Part shown: positions 9,335-17,411 of the stretch, one piece after another
Layout: each line of letters opens with the position of its first letter
How positions within the stretch are numbered: the first letter of the stretch is position 1
DNA from: Parcubacteria group bacterium
GTDB taxonomy: Bacteria > Patescibacteriota > Patescibacteriia > UBA2169
NCBI GenBank assembly: GCA_016181765.1
Contig: JACOYR010000004.1
Coordinates: 35,320 to 99,319 of the forward strand
DNA: 64,000 bases
Direction: 5' to 3'
The notes under the pieces: generated by a model
The model's input: only the letters and a program-made list of their open reading frames with translations
Database searches by the model: none
What the model was told of the DNA's origin: nothing
Made by a program: the position numbers and the translations under genes

Positions 9335-10023
9335 CTCGCCGCCTCCCCATGCTCGCACAGACGCATGGTGGAAACCGCCTCCGCCTGCACAGCCTGTTTG
9401 ACGCACGGGAGAACGAGGCGAAGCCTGAACCTGGCGAACCACACGAAGCCGAACTCGAACCGGTCGACGTCCACGTAAAGCCTCTCGCGGTCGCCGAAGT
9501 AGAAGAAGGCGATGAAGAAGTTTCCTCCCGACTTGAAGAGAAAGAACGTCGCATGCCCGTCGGTGCGGAGCCAGCCGCGGTACTTCCTGATAAAGCCCAC
9601 AATCTGGCTCTGGGTCAGGCAGAGGCGGCCGGTATCAGCGGAGACCGAGCCGAACATCTGGCCGAACGTCGCGTCGCGAGCCAGTCTATAGACAGCAACC
9701 GGCGCGGCTGCTGTCGGGCCGCTCGCCTCGTTCGCACCCCAGTTGACGAAGTCCGGGTCAATGCCGCCGGTAAAAAGGTCCGTGGCGCCGGGGATGGTCT
9801 CCTGCCCGTCCGTCTCGTCTATGACGAGCGTCTTGCCGCCGGAGATGAGGCGGAGAATGGGCTCGACCCCCAATGACCCGAACCGGCCTTCGTGGAATGC
9901 CTGCAGGGCAGCGAGCGCCCGCTCCGGATCGTACGGATACTCATCCTGCCCGAGCTGGCGCAGGATTTCTCCGAGCCGCCTGCTTGCGGTTCTCTGCTGA
10001 TCGCCGGTGAGAATGTATCCCAC
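9331..10023 (-). CDS. hypothetical protein (no family recognised), first gene of a GC-rich two-gene cassette
   Basis: 230 aa. GTG start with a strong SD (GAGGGAGGA, 5 nt spacer). Translationally coupled to the zinc-finger gene downstream. Confidence 0.55.
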   Translation of the reverse strand: MGYILTGDQQRTASRRLGEILRQLGQDEYPYDPERALAALQAFHEGRFGSLGVEPILRLISGGKTLVIDETDGQETIPGATDLFTGGIDPDFVNWGANEASGPTAAAPVAVYRLARDATFGQMFGSVSADTGRLCLTQSQIVGFIRKYRGWLRTDGHATFFLFKSGGNFFIAFFYFGDRERLYVDVDRFEFGFVWFARFRLRLVLPCVKQAVQAEAVSTMRLCEHGEAAR

Positions 10024-10172
10024 GACAATCCTCCCTCTTGTAATGGCTTATACTCGCCAGCACCCCATGTGCCGACAAATACTCGCCGGTATGAAAAGAT
10101 CTACCACCCGTGAATAGCCACGGCGCTTCTGCCTCATTAATTGAGGCAATAATCTATAATACCACTTCCCCA

Positions 10173-11090
10173 CTACTTCGTCAAGTAGCGCCAGGCGCTA
10201 CGGAAAAACCACCACTGCTTTTGGACGGTTCCCGCCTGGCCGAATGACTGTCCTCCATGGTGGATGATGGACGTGCCGGGCCAGTACACTACTTTGAAGC
10301 CCGCACGCTTGGCGCGGCGGCAGAAATCAACCTCCTCAAACCAGATAAAGTACTTGTCATCCAGCGCTCCCACCCCCCCTTTGTCCCCCCCTCGGGCAGG
10401 GGGGGAAAGCTTTTCTATCGCACTGCGCCGGATGCACATAAACGCGCCCATGACCTGGTCCGCCTCTGACTCACGGGCATAGTCAAAATCTTTTGCCAGA
10501 TAATAATTCAACAAAGATGGAAACAGTTTGTACAGTTTGAAAAATATAATTGCGATGTCGCGCACACGCGGAAACCGCCGCACCGAGGGCTGGAGTGTGC
10601 CGTCCGGATTCAAGAGCTTGCATCCCAGAACGCCAATGGAGGTATCGCTCTCCATCTTATCAAACACCTTCTTGAGCGAGTTCTCGGTGAATTCGGTGTC
10701 CGGGTTCAGTAATAAAACATATTTCCCGGATGATTCTTTGATGGCGATATTGTTTGCCGCGGCAAAACCTAAATTTTTTGAATTACGAATCAGCTTGATT
10801 GTCATCCCGAGGGGGTATTCGCCCCCGAGGGATCCCTTGTACGTTCCATTTGCAGGCTGTAAGGGATTCCTCCACTCCGCTCGCCTTCGGCTCGCTTCGG
10901 TCGGAATGACATCAAAATTACTCTCCAGCATCTCCACTGTTCCATCGGATGACGCATTATCAACCACAATCACCTCAAAACCAACGCCTGCAGTATATGC
11001 ATATAAAGACTCCAGGCACTTCTCCAAAAGGCCTTTTACGTTCCAGGATATGATGATGACCGAGATATCCATACACCAGCACAGTAGCAT
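10173..11090 (-). CDS. family 2 glycosyltransferase (with two in-frame repeat-element insertions)
   Basis: 305 aa with motif EVIVVDNASSDGT and a DxD-like motif. The extra segments ASRRRAEWRNPLQPANGTYKGSLGGEYPLGMTI and SPPARGGDKGG are encoded by GC-hairpin/TGTCAT-like repeats. Confidence 0.8.
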   Translation of the reverse strand: MLLCWCMDISVIIISWNVKGLLEKCLESLYAYTAGVGFEVIVVDNASSDGTVEMLESNFDVIPTEASRRRAEWRNPLQPANGTYKGSLGGEYPLGMTIKLIRNSKNLGFAAANNIAIKESSGKYVLLLNPDTEFTENSLKKVFDKMESDTSIGVLGCKLLNPDGTLQPSVRRFPRVRDIAIIFFKLYKLFPSLLNYYLAKDFDYARESEADQVMGAFMCIRRSAIEKLSPPARGGDKGGVGALDDKYFIWFEEVDFCRRAKRAGFKVVYWPGTSIIHHGGQSFGQAGTVQKQWWFFRSAWRYLTK

Positions 11091-11412
11091 ATTTCGGGAA
11101 TAAAGGGCATTAACCCTATGTTAGCTCCTCGGCTCGGAAATGAAAAGAGTACTTTTCATTTCACTCGCTCTACGTCGCTAATAAAAAAAGAGGCCGCCCG
11201 GAAAATCCGACCGAGCGGCCCTGCCTCACCTTTCCAGGCTTCATCGCGTCACCGCGAGATCGCCGCAAGCGCGACGATGAGCAAGAGCACGGCCACAAAG
11301 AGAACACCAGTGCCGCCGTAATGGCAGAACCAGCTGTCCAGCCAGTTCCATATTCTGTCGCATTTTCTGCATTCCACGGCTCACCTCCGCCTTGTGGGCT
11401 AATAAGGAAACC

Positions 11413-11577
11413 CTAGCTTCGGACATACACCGCGCCGGCGAAAAAGCCCGAGTAGATGAACGCCAAAAACCAGTACGGAACCCCGCCGGTGATTGTCTTG
11501 AAGACCGGCAATGAAAGGACGAAAAACACGGCCCACATTCCGGCCGTGATGGCCAGCTTCACGGTCCGCGCGCTCAT
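11413..11577 (-). CDS. small membrane protein (54 aa, two TM segments)
   Basis: Translation MSARTVKLAITAGMWAVFFVLSLPVFKTITGGVPYWFLAFIYSGFFAGAVYVRS. SD AAAGGGGG lies 5 nt upstream. Its ATG overlaps the stop of an upstream 31 aa mini-ORF (ATGA). The ORF track shows a longer 87 aa version. Confidence 0.45.
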   Translation of the reverse strand: MSARTVKLAITAGMWAVFFVLSLPVFKTITGGVPYWFLAFIYSGFFAGAVYVRS

Positions 11578-11929
11578 CCCTGCCCCCTTTGCTGGCGAAT
11601 ATGGAACCTGCATACCAGCACGACGGCGACAAGCGCCGCCGAAATGGATATTACAAGCCAGGCATACATGGCTCAACCCTCCCTTTCTGACTAGAAATCC
11701 AGTTTCCTATCGCGCCCGTGCCGCCCATGCCCAGCAGAATACCGCCCGCGCACAGCATTATGGTGTTAGCCAACGCTTGCCTCCTCGAGTGAAAGTCGCT
11801 TTTTCATTTCAAGGAGCAAAACCGCCTCCTCGGTATATAGTTACACTACCTCTAATTTTTGACTTTGCCAAGACAAAAGAGGTATGCTTGTATCAATCGT
11901 TCATATCCCCATTACGAAAGAGGAAACAG

Positions 11930-12172
11930 GTGGATAAACACGAACGAGAACGGCATTGCGAAACCGCGAAGCGGCTGTACGCAGGAAGGCGCGTAAGCGT
12001 CACGTCCCGGGACTTCACTGAACCAGTAGTGCTGGACGTGCTCCGCGCGAACTCCAACCGCGGGTGCCCGTTTCAAGAGTTGTACTCCTTGTACGGCATA
12101 GACGTGCCAGGAGGCTTTGTTCGGGAGGTGGGGTTCTGGGAGGGAGACACATGCATCAACGTCATCGGCTGA
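11930..12172 (+). CDS. hypothetical small protein (80 aa)
   Basis: GTG start preceded by AAAGAGGAAACAG (good SD). Translation MDKHERERHCETAKRLYAGRRVSVTSRDFTEPVVLDVLRANSNRGCPFQELYSLYGIDVPGGFVREVGFWEGDTCINVIG. The upstream part of the 238 aa track ORF is low-complexity and rejected. Confidence 0.4.
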   Translation: MDKHERERHCETAKRLYAGRRVSVTSRDFTEPVVLDVLRANSNRGCPFQELYSLYGIDVPGGFVREVGFWEGDTCINVIG

Positions 12173-12230
12173 CCGCACGAATGCGGAAGCCAAAAAGGGC
12201 GGCTGCTCTCAAAGAGATGCGGCCGCCTCT

Positions 12231-12902
12231 TCACGTCAGGCTATGTTTTTGTTTGATCCGAGAAATAGCTGCCTGGTATTGTTTTACTTTTCTTCCAACG
12301 CCGAGTTTAGTCAAAAACGACGGCATCCAGGCGGACATGGTGCCGCCGGGCTTGACGGTAAACAGCGCCTCATCAATCCACTTCCCGACGTGCCCCTGCT
12401 CCAGCATAGTAAGCCACAAATCCCAATCTTGCAAGCGCTTGAGCGACTCGTCAAATCCCGGAAAGTGCTCCCGCCGCATAAGTGATGTGGTGTGGATATA
12501 GGGCATCTCGCGGAGCTTGTCCGCGCTGAACTCCCAGAGCCTGAACTTTTTCCATCCGAACTTGAATGATGAGTATGCGTACGACACACCCGGGTTCTCA
12601 TCAAGAACTTTTGACATTTTGGACAGCATGCCCGGCCGCATGACCACGTCCGCGTCGCAGAAGAGGATGTATTGGCCGGTTGATTCTTTGAACCCGCGAT
12701 TGCGCGCTGATGGAGCTCCTCTGTTCTCCTGCCGGATGACGCGAATGCTCGCGACATCGCTGACTGGCTCCCGCGACCCATCATCAACGATAATAATTTC
12801 AAAATTTTGAAATGTTTGATTTTTTATGGATTGCAAACATTGCGCAAGCTCTTTGGCGTGGTTATAGACGGGGATGATAATGGAAATTATGGGTGAGTTC
12901 AT
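12231..12902 (-). CDS. family 2 glycosyltransferase
   Basis: 223 aa. Motifs IIIPVYNHAKELAQCLQSI and EIIIVDDGS, and a DxD-like FCDADV. Confidence 0.85.
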   Translation of the reverse strand: MNSPIISIIIPVYNHAKELAQCLQSIKNQTFQNFEIIIVDDGSREPVSDVASIRVIRQENRGAPSARNRGFKESTGQYILFCDADVVMRPGMLSKMSKVLDENPGVSYAYSSFKFGWKKFRLWEFSADKLREMPYIHTTSLMRREHFPGFDESLKRLQDWDLWLTMLEQGHVGKWIDEALFTVKPGGTMSAWMPSFLTKLGVGRKVKQYQAAISRIKQKHSLT

Positions 12903-13939
12903 ATTTCTGTTTTCTGATAACCGTTTTCTATCTGCGTAATAATTGCCTCCGCAATCTGCCCGATATTACCCGGCTCAACCAAAACGCCATTATCCCCCAC
13001 GGCCTCGGGCACGCCGCCCACGCGTGACCCTATGACGGGTTTATTAAACATCTGCGCTTCTTTGTACACAATGCCATAGCCCTCAAAATCATTGGGATCG
13101 TCTGTGGGGGTGAGTATAAAGCAATCGCAGGCCGAGAGCCAGGCATACTTCTCCTCATCGCTCACTTCGCCGGTGAACATAACGTGTCCGCCCCGGCTGG
13201 ACAGTTCCAGCTCCCGCCTCTCTGTTCCATCGCCGACCACCACGTACACGAGCTCCGGAACAATCTTCCAAACCTCGCGCAATGAGCGCAACACAACATC
13301 AATCCCCTTTCGCTTTACCAGGCGGCCGACCGAAAGCAGGATCGGCCGTGCGCCGAGCGCGTACTTTTGGCGGAGTTCGGCTGCATGCGCCCGGTAGCGG
13401 GCGGGGTCAACCTTCGGAACGCGCGGGTAAGAAACGCGCGCGCGTGAAGGGTCAATGCCGTATTTTAGAAGCAATTGGCTCGTTGCACGGCTGTTCGCAA
13501 TAATCTCGGAAGCTTCGCGCAGAATCCTTGATGCCCACCATCGCTTCCAGGCTGAACGCCGCGCCATCACCAAATCAAGGCCGTGCACGTACACGCGATA
13601 CGGAATTTTGAATCTCCACTTCCACCACAAGGCGGCATAGCCAATAGGCAGGATATGGGAAATCCAGAGATAATCAGGCCGACCACCCCCTAACCCCCTC
13701 CTGGATACAGGAGGGGGAATCGCGCGCCACAACAATGGCAGCCAGTGCGGCCACTTGTCCCAGAAATGCTCCTCGGCCCTCATGACCCGAACCAACTCGC
13801 GTGACGCGCCAACTTCGCCGGCGAGATAGGTCGCAACCCCGCCATATTTCGGGGCCCCCAGCGATTCCTGCGGAATCGTCTGGGGTAAACTCGGCGGGTA
13901 CTCAAGCGTGAGCAGCAAGGGATGTTTTCTGTTCGGCAT
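12899..13939 (-). CDS. GT4-family (GT-B fold) glycosyltransferase with two in-frame palindromic insertions
   Basis: C-terminal GT4 signature EGYGIVYKEAQMFNKPVIGSRVGGVPE. N-terminal EYPP..GGVATY motif is split by an inserted segment. A second insertion PPPVSRRGLGGGRPDY is encoded by a GC-hairpin element. Start taken at MPNRK (13939), ahead of the EYPP block. Confidence 0.8.
   Translation of the reverse strand: MPNRKHPLLLTLEYPPSLPQTIPQESLGAPKYGGVATYLAGEVGASRELVRVMRAEEHFWDKWPHWLPLLWRAIPPPVSRRGLGGGRPDYLWISHILPIGYAALWWKWRFKIPYRVYVHGLDLVMARRSAWKRWWASRILREASEIIANSRATSQLLLKYGIDPSRARVSYPRVPKVDPARYRAHAAELRQKYALGARPILLSVGRLVKRKGIDVVLRSLREVWKIVPELVYVVVGDGTERRELELSSRGGHVMFTGEVSDEEKYAWLSACDCFILTPTDDPNDFEGYGIVYKEAQMFNKPVIGSRVGGVPEAVGDNGVLVEPGNIGQIAEAIITQIENGYQKTEI
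13683..13719. repeat. GC-hairpin repeat element, copy inside the GT4 coding sequence
   Basis: CCACCCCCTAACCCCCTCCT-ggatac-AGGAGGGGGAA. Same family as the copies at 21065, 37428 and 37563. Confidence 0.7.
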
Positions 13940-13943
13940 AGCG

Positions 13944-15386
13944 CTAGCGGCTGACCACGGATTTGAGCCACTGCCAGTCCTCTGACGTGTACGCGCGCAG
14001 GAGGAGGAGCAGCATGCCGTACAAGATGATCGCAACCGGGATGATGATGAGGAACGAGTACTCGCCCCGCAGATAGAGCACTACTTGCCCCATGAGAGCG
14101 GACGCAGCAACAATTTTAACGAGGCTTACTGCGAACCGCGCCGTGAATGTGGGGACGATATGGCGCGAGCGCACCCAGCCCAAGAACACAATCAAGATGC
14201 TGCAGAAGAGCGAGGCGTACACAGCCCCTAAAAATCCGTACAGCGGAATCAGGATCAGGTTTAAGCCCACGAACGCGGTTAACTGGATGCACCGGTTTAC
14301 GGTGTTGGCGCGCTCGTTGCCGGTCGCGTTCAAGAGCGACCCGAACGGGAACTCAACGTACAAGAACACCACGGCCCAGATGAGTATCTTGAGCGCAGGA
14401 ATGGAAGCGCTAAACTCGGGCCAAATCACGGTGATGATGGGATCCGCGAGCAGGTAGATGCCCACCGCAATGGGCAGGCTCACCGAGAAGAGGAGCTGCA
14501 AAGTCCGGGAAAAGATTGACTGCAGGCGCTCCTCTGATTCAACCGCATAGCGCGACATGGCCGGGTACACGGCCGCGGTGATGGCGAGCGCCACAAACGG
14601 GAACGTGAACACGATTTTCGCGGGAATGGCGTACAGGCCGACTGCCTCATCACCCACTAAGTTCTTAATCAAAATTGAATCAATGGTGTTGTACGCCTTA
14701 ATGAACCCGGCAGCCAAAAAAAACGGGGCCGCGCGCTCCATCCACTCCCGCGCAAGGGGCACGTTAATGCGCAGCCGGAAATCCAATGTTGTTTTGCGCT
14801 TGATGAGCACTGCGGAAAATATGACGTGGAACAAGCTGCCTGCCCCGATCACCAGAAGCAATGCGCGCAAGTCGGATGTTTTGGAAACCACAAAAAGCCC
14901 TGCCCCAAAAATGATGATCTGGAATATAACCGTTCCAAGCGCTTCGTAGAACAGGTTCTGCCGGGCGCGGAATACGGCGTAAAAGTAGGCGGTGAACGCG
15001 TCCATCACCATGATGACCGAGGTGATGGCGAGCAGGATCCGCAGTTCGCGCCCGTACCCCAGGGCCAACGTTACTCCGTGGAGCGCCAAAATGGCGGCAA
15101 ACGCCAAAAACATCCGGATGCCGAAGAGCGCGGTAAAGCGCTCTTTCTGCTTTGCGGGGTCCTGGCTGAACGTGCGTATGGCGAGCGGCACAATCCCGAA
15201 GTCAGCCACCAGGGAAAAAAATGCGGCAAACGAGAGCGCGAAAATGTAGGCGCCGAGCAATTCGGGCCCCAGGGCGCGCGCGAGCACGCTGAAGTACCCA
15301 AAGGAAAGGATTTTTTGGAACACCAGAGCCGCGGTGTACACGGCGCCCGAACGGGCGACTTGTTTGGGGTGGTGCATCTGCGGCAT
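13944..15386 (-). CDS. polysaccharide flippase (Wzx / MOP-superfamily)
   Basis: 480 aa with about 12-14 TM helices. Length and topology are typical of oligosaccharide flippases. Positioned at the end of the GT cluster. Confidence 0.75.
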   Translation of the reverse strand: MPQMHHPKQVARSGAVYTAALVFQKILSFGYFSVLARALGPELLGAYIFALSFAAFFSLVADFGIVPLAIRTFSQDPAKQKERFTALFGIRMFLAFAAILALHGVTLALGYGRELRILLAITSVIMVMDAFTAYFYAVFRARQNLFYEALGTVIFQIIIFGAGLFVVSKTSDLRALLLVIGAGSLFHVIFSAVLIKRKTTLDFRLRINVPLAREWMERAAPFFLAAGFIKAYNTIDSILIKNLVGDEAVGLYAIPAKIVFTFPFVALAITAAVYPAMSRYAVESEERLQSIFSRTLQLLFSVSLPIAVGIYLLADPIITVIWPEFSASIPALKILIWAVVFLYVEFPFGSLLNATGNERANTVNRCIQLTAFVGLNLILIPLYGFLGAVYASLFCSILIVFLGWVRSRHIVPTFTARFAVSLVKIVAASALMGQVVLYLRGEYSFLIIIPVAIILYGMLLLLLRAYTSEDWQWLKSVVSR

Positions 15387-15414
15387 ACTGCTATACTAGC
15401 ACCTTTTTGAGAGA

Positions 15415-15849
15415 TTACCGCTTTGACCACTGCGGGCTGCGGCGCGCGCGCTTCTTGCCCGGCTTCTTGCGCTCCTTGACCCTGCGGTCAACCGTCATAA
15501 ATCCCGCGGCGCGCAGCGCGGGCTTTAATTCCGCGTTATGCGAAACGAGCGCGCGCGCAATGCCCAGGCGCACCGCTTCGGCTTGGCCGTGGGCTCCGCC
15601 CCCGAACACGGACGCGTTTACGTCGTAGGCCTTGTCCGTGCCCAGTGCGGAAAGCGAAGCCCGGGCGATGTCTGCAAGGTCAGGCCGCGGAAAGTAATCC
15701 GAAAGCTCGCGCTTGTTCACCACGAATTTTCCGCTGCCGCGCACGTAGAGCTGTACGGAGGCGCTGGCGCTCTTCCGGCGGCCGATGCCGCGGATGTACT
15801 TGCGGCCCTTAAACTGGTTCTTCTCGCTTGTCTTTTCTTCGGTAACCAT
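15415..15849 (-). CDS. rpsI: 30S ribosomal protein S9
   Basis: C-terminus GGGAHGQAEAVRLGIARAL..DRRVKERKK..KRARRSPQWSKR is the classic S9 sequence. Confidence 0.9.
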   Translation of the reverse strand: MVTEEKTSEKNQFKGRKYIRGIGRRKSASASVQLYVRGSGKFVVNKRELSDYFPRPDLADIARASLSALGTDKAYDVNASVFGGGAHGQAEAVRLGIARALVSHNAELKPALRAAGFMTVDRRVKERKKPGKKRARRSPQWSKR

Positions 15850-15853
15850 CTTA

Positions 15854-16213
15854 TTATTCTTTCGCCCCTCTAATGGCTAATCGCTTGATCATGCTCTTGC
15901 GCAGGGAGTTCTTGGGCAGCATGCCGTACACGGCGCGCTTGAGCACTTCTTCGGGACGGCGGTTCAAAAGCTGGCGGAGGCTCTCGCTCCTCAAGCTCCC
16001 CGGGCGCCTGGTAGGGCGAAAGTAGAGCTTTTGGTCCATCTTGTCGCCGGTGATTCTCATCTTGGCGTAATTTTCAACCACCACGGCATCGCCGCAGTCT
16101 TGATACGGCACGTACGAAGCCTTGTTTTTTCCCATGAGCAGCCGGGCCGCCTGGGAGGCGATCCTGCCCAAGGGAATTCCGGATGCGTCTATGGTGTGGG
16201 TGGTGCGCTGCAT
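15854..16213 (-). CDS. rplM: 50S ribosomal protein L13
   Basis: 119 aa from MQRTT. GIPLGRIASQAARLLMGK..YVPYQDCGD aligns with the L13 N-terminus; YGMLPKN is also present. The longer track ORF has a non-coding-looking N-extension. Confidence 0.85.
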   Translation of the reverse strand: MQRTTHTIDASGIPLGRIASQAARLLMGKNKASYVPYQDCGDAVVVENYAKMRITGDKMDQKLYFRPTRRPGSLRSESLRQLLNRRPEEVLKRAVYGMLPKNSLRKSMIKRLAIRGAKE

Positions 16214-16232
16214 ATCGCTCGCTCTATGTCGC

Positions 16233-16583
16233 CTATACGAATGAAATGATAGCCTGCAGGCCGGAGTCGCCCGGCCGAGGGGTGGTTTTGCGGATCCGCA
16301 GGTACCCGCCCGGGCGGCCCTTATACTTGGGGCCGATAACCTCAAACAGCTTTTTGACGGCCCGCTTGTTGGCCAGGGAAATGACGGCCCTGCGGCGGCG
16401 CGCCACCGAATCGTCCGCGGCGCTCGTCACCAGTTTTTCCGCGTACGGGCGCAAAGCCTTTGCCTTTGCTTCCGTGGTTTCAATTGAATCGTACAGCACC
16501 AAGCTCGCCGCAAGCTGGCGCAAGAGCGCGCGCCGCTGCGAAGCGGTACTCCTCAATTTATTGGCTTTTTTCTGGTGCCGCAT
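16233..16583 (-). CDS. rplQ: 50S ribosomal protein L17
   Basis: 116 aa. MRHQKKANKLRSTASQRRALLRQLAASL is the L17 signature N-terminus. Confidence 0.9.
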   Translation of the reverse strand: MRHQKKANKLRSTASQRRALLRQLAASLVLYDSIETTEAKAKALRPYAEKLVTSAADDSVARRRRAVISLANKRAVKKLFEVIGPKYKGRPGGYLRIRKTTPRPGDSGLQAIISFV

Positions 16584-16592
16584 ATCTGATGC

Positions 16593-17393
16593 TTATTCTT
16601 TGGCCTCCTCCTCTTTCGCGCCTGCTTCTCCGGATCCCGGCTCCTCTGGTTCGGCTTCATCCGCGGCTTCCGAATCATCATCACCGGATTCCATAAGCGC
16701 ATCAAATTCGCTCACCAGCTTAAAGTGGCCGGAAAGGATGCCCGCGGCCTGCTTAACCGCGTCCGAAACCGTAATCGTGCCGTTCGTTTCAATCTGCATG
16801 ATGATTTTATCGTAATCGGTCCGGTCCCCCACGCGCACGTTGTCCACCTGGTAGCCCACCTGGTGCACGGGCGTGAAGATAGAATCAATGGCAATGGCGT
16901 TCACCTCCAAGTGCTCCTCTTTGCCGCGCGATTCCACGGTGTCATACCCGCGGCCGGGCCGCACCCACAACGCCATATCCACGGACGCAGCTTTATCGGT
17001 GAGCGTCATGATGACTTGGTCCGGGTTCGCGATCTCAATGTCGCTCGACTTCTCAATGTCGCCGGCGGTCACGGCCTGCTCTCCGGAGACGTTCAGCTTG
17101 AGCAAAACGGACTCGTTTGAAAAACTTTTGAGGTTCACGCGCTTCAAATTCAGCGAGATGTCCACCACGTCTTCTTTTACGTACTCAATGCTCGTAAACT
17201 CATGGGTCGCGCCCTTGATCTTGAATGCGTAAATCGCGGCTCCAGGCAGGGATCCGAGGAGCACGCGCCGCAAGGCGTTGGCAAGGGTCGGGCCGTATCC
17301 CGGATACAGCGGCTCAATGGTGAGTTCGCCCGCAAACTCGCTGCCGTCTCTCGGCGCAACCTTTATTTTTTTGGGGAGTGGAATAGATTCCAT
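16593..17393 (-). CDS. rpoA: DNA-directed RNA polymerase alpha subunit
   Basis: 266 aa. GYGPTLANALRRVLLGSLPGAAI matches the RpoA N-terminal domain. It has a short acidic C-terminal tail instead of a full CTD. Confidence 0.85.
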   Translation of the reverse strand: MESIPLPKKIKVAPRDGSEFAGELTIEPLYPGYGPTLANALRRVLLGSLPGAAIYAFKIKGATHEFTSIEYVKEDVVDISLNLKRVNLKSFSNESVLLKLNVSGEQAVTAGDIEKSSDIEIANPDQVIMTLTDKAASVDMALWVRPGRGYDTVESRGKEEHLEVNAIAIDSIFTPVHQVGYQVDNVRVGDRTDYDKIIMQIETNGTITVSDAVKQAAGILSGHFKLVSEFDALMESGDDDSEAADEAEPEEPGSGEAGAKEEEAKE

Positions 17394-17411
17394 AGCTGTA
17401 GTTTAAAAAAA

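Noticed and set aside
10173-10213. Hairpins CTACTTCGTCAAGTAG and TAGCGCCAGGCGCTA as a terminator for the upstream GC-rich cassette
   Set aside because: They overlap the stop codon and last codons of the GT2 gene and lie upstream, not downstream, of the cassette. No U-tract. More likely incidental palindromes.
11456-11929. N-terminal 158 codons of the 238 aa plus-strand track ORF
   Set aside because: The translation is P/R/A-rich junk and overlaps the SD-preceded minus-strand mini-ORFs. Only the last 80 codons, beginning at a GTG with a strong SD (11930), look like a real gene.
12196-12230. Hairpin AAGAG-ATGCGGCCGC-CTCTT between convergent genes as a bidirectional terminator
   Set aside because: Short 5 bp stem with no flanking U or A tract. 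Kept as an unlisted possibility only.
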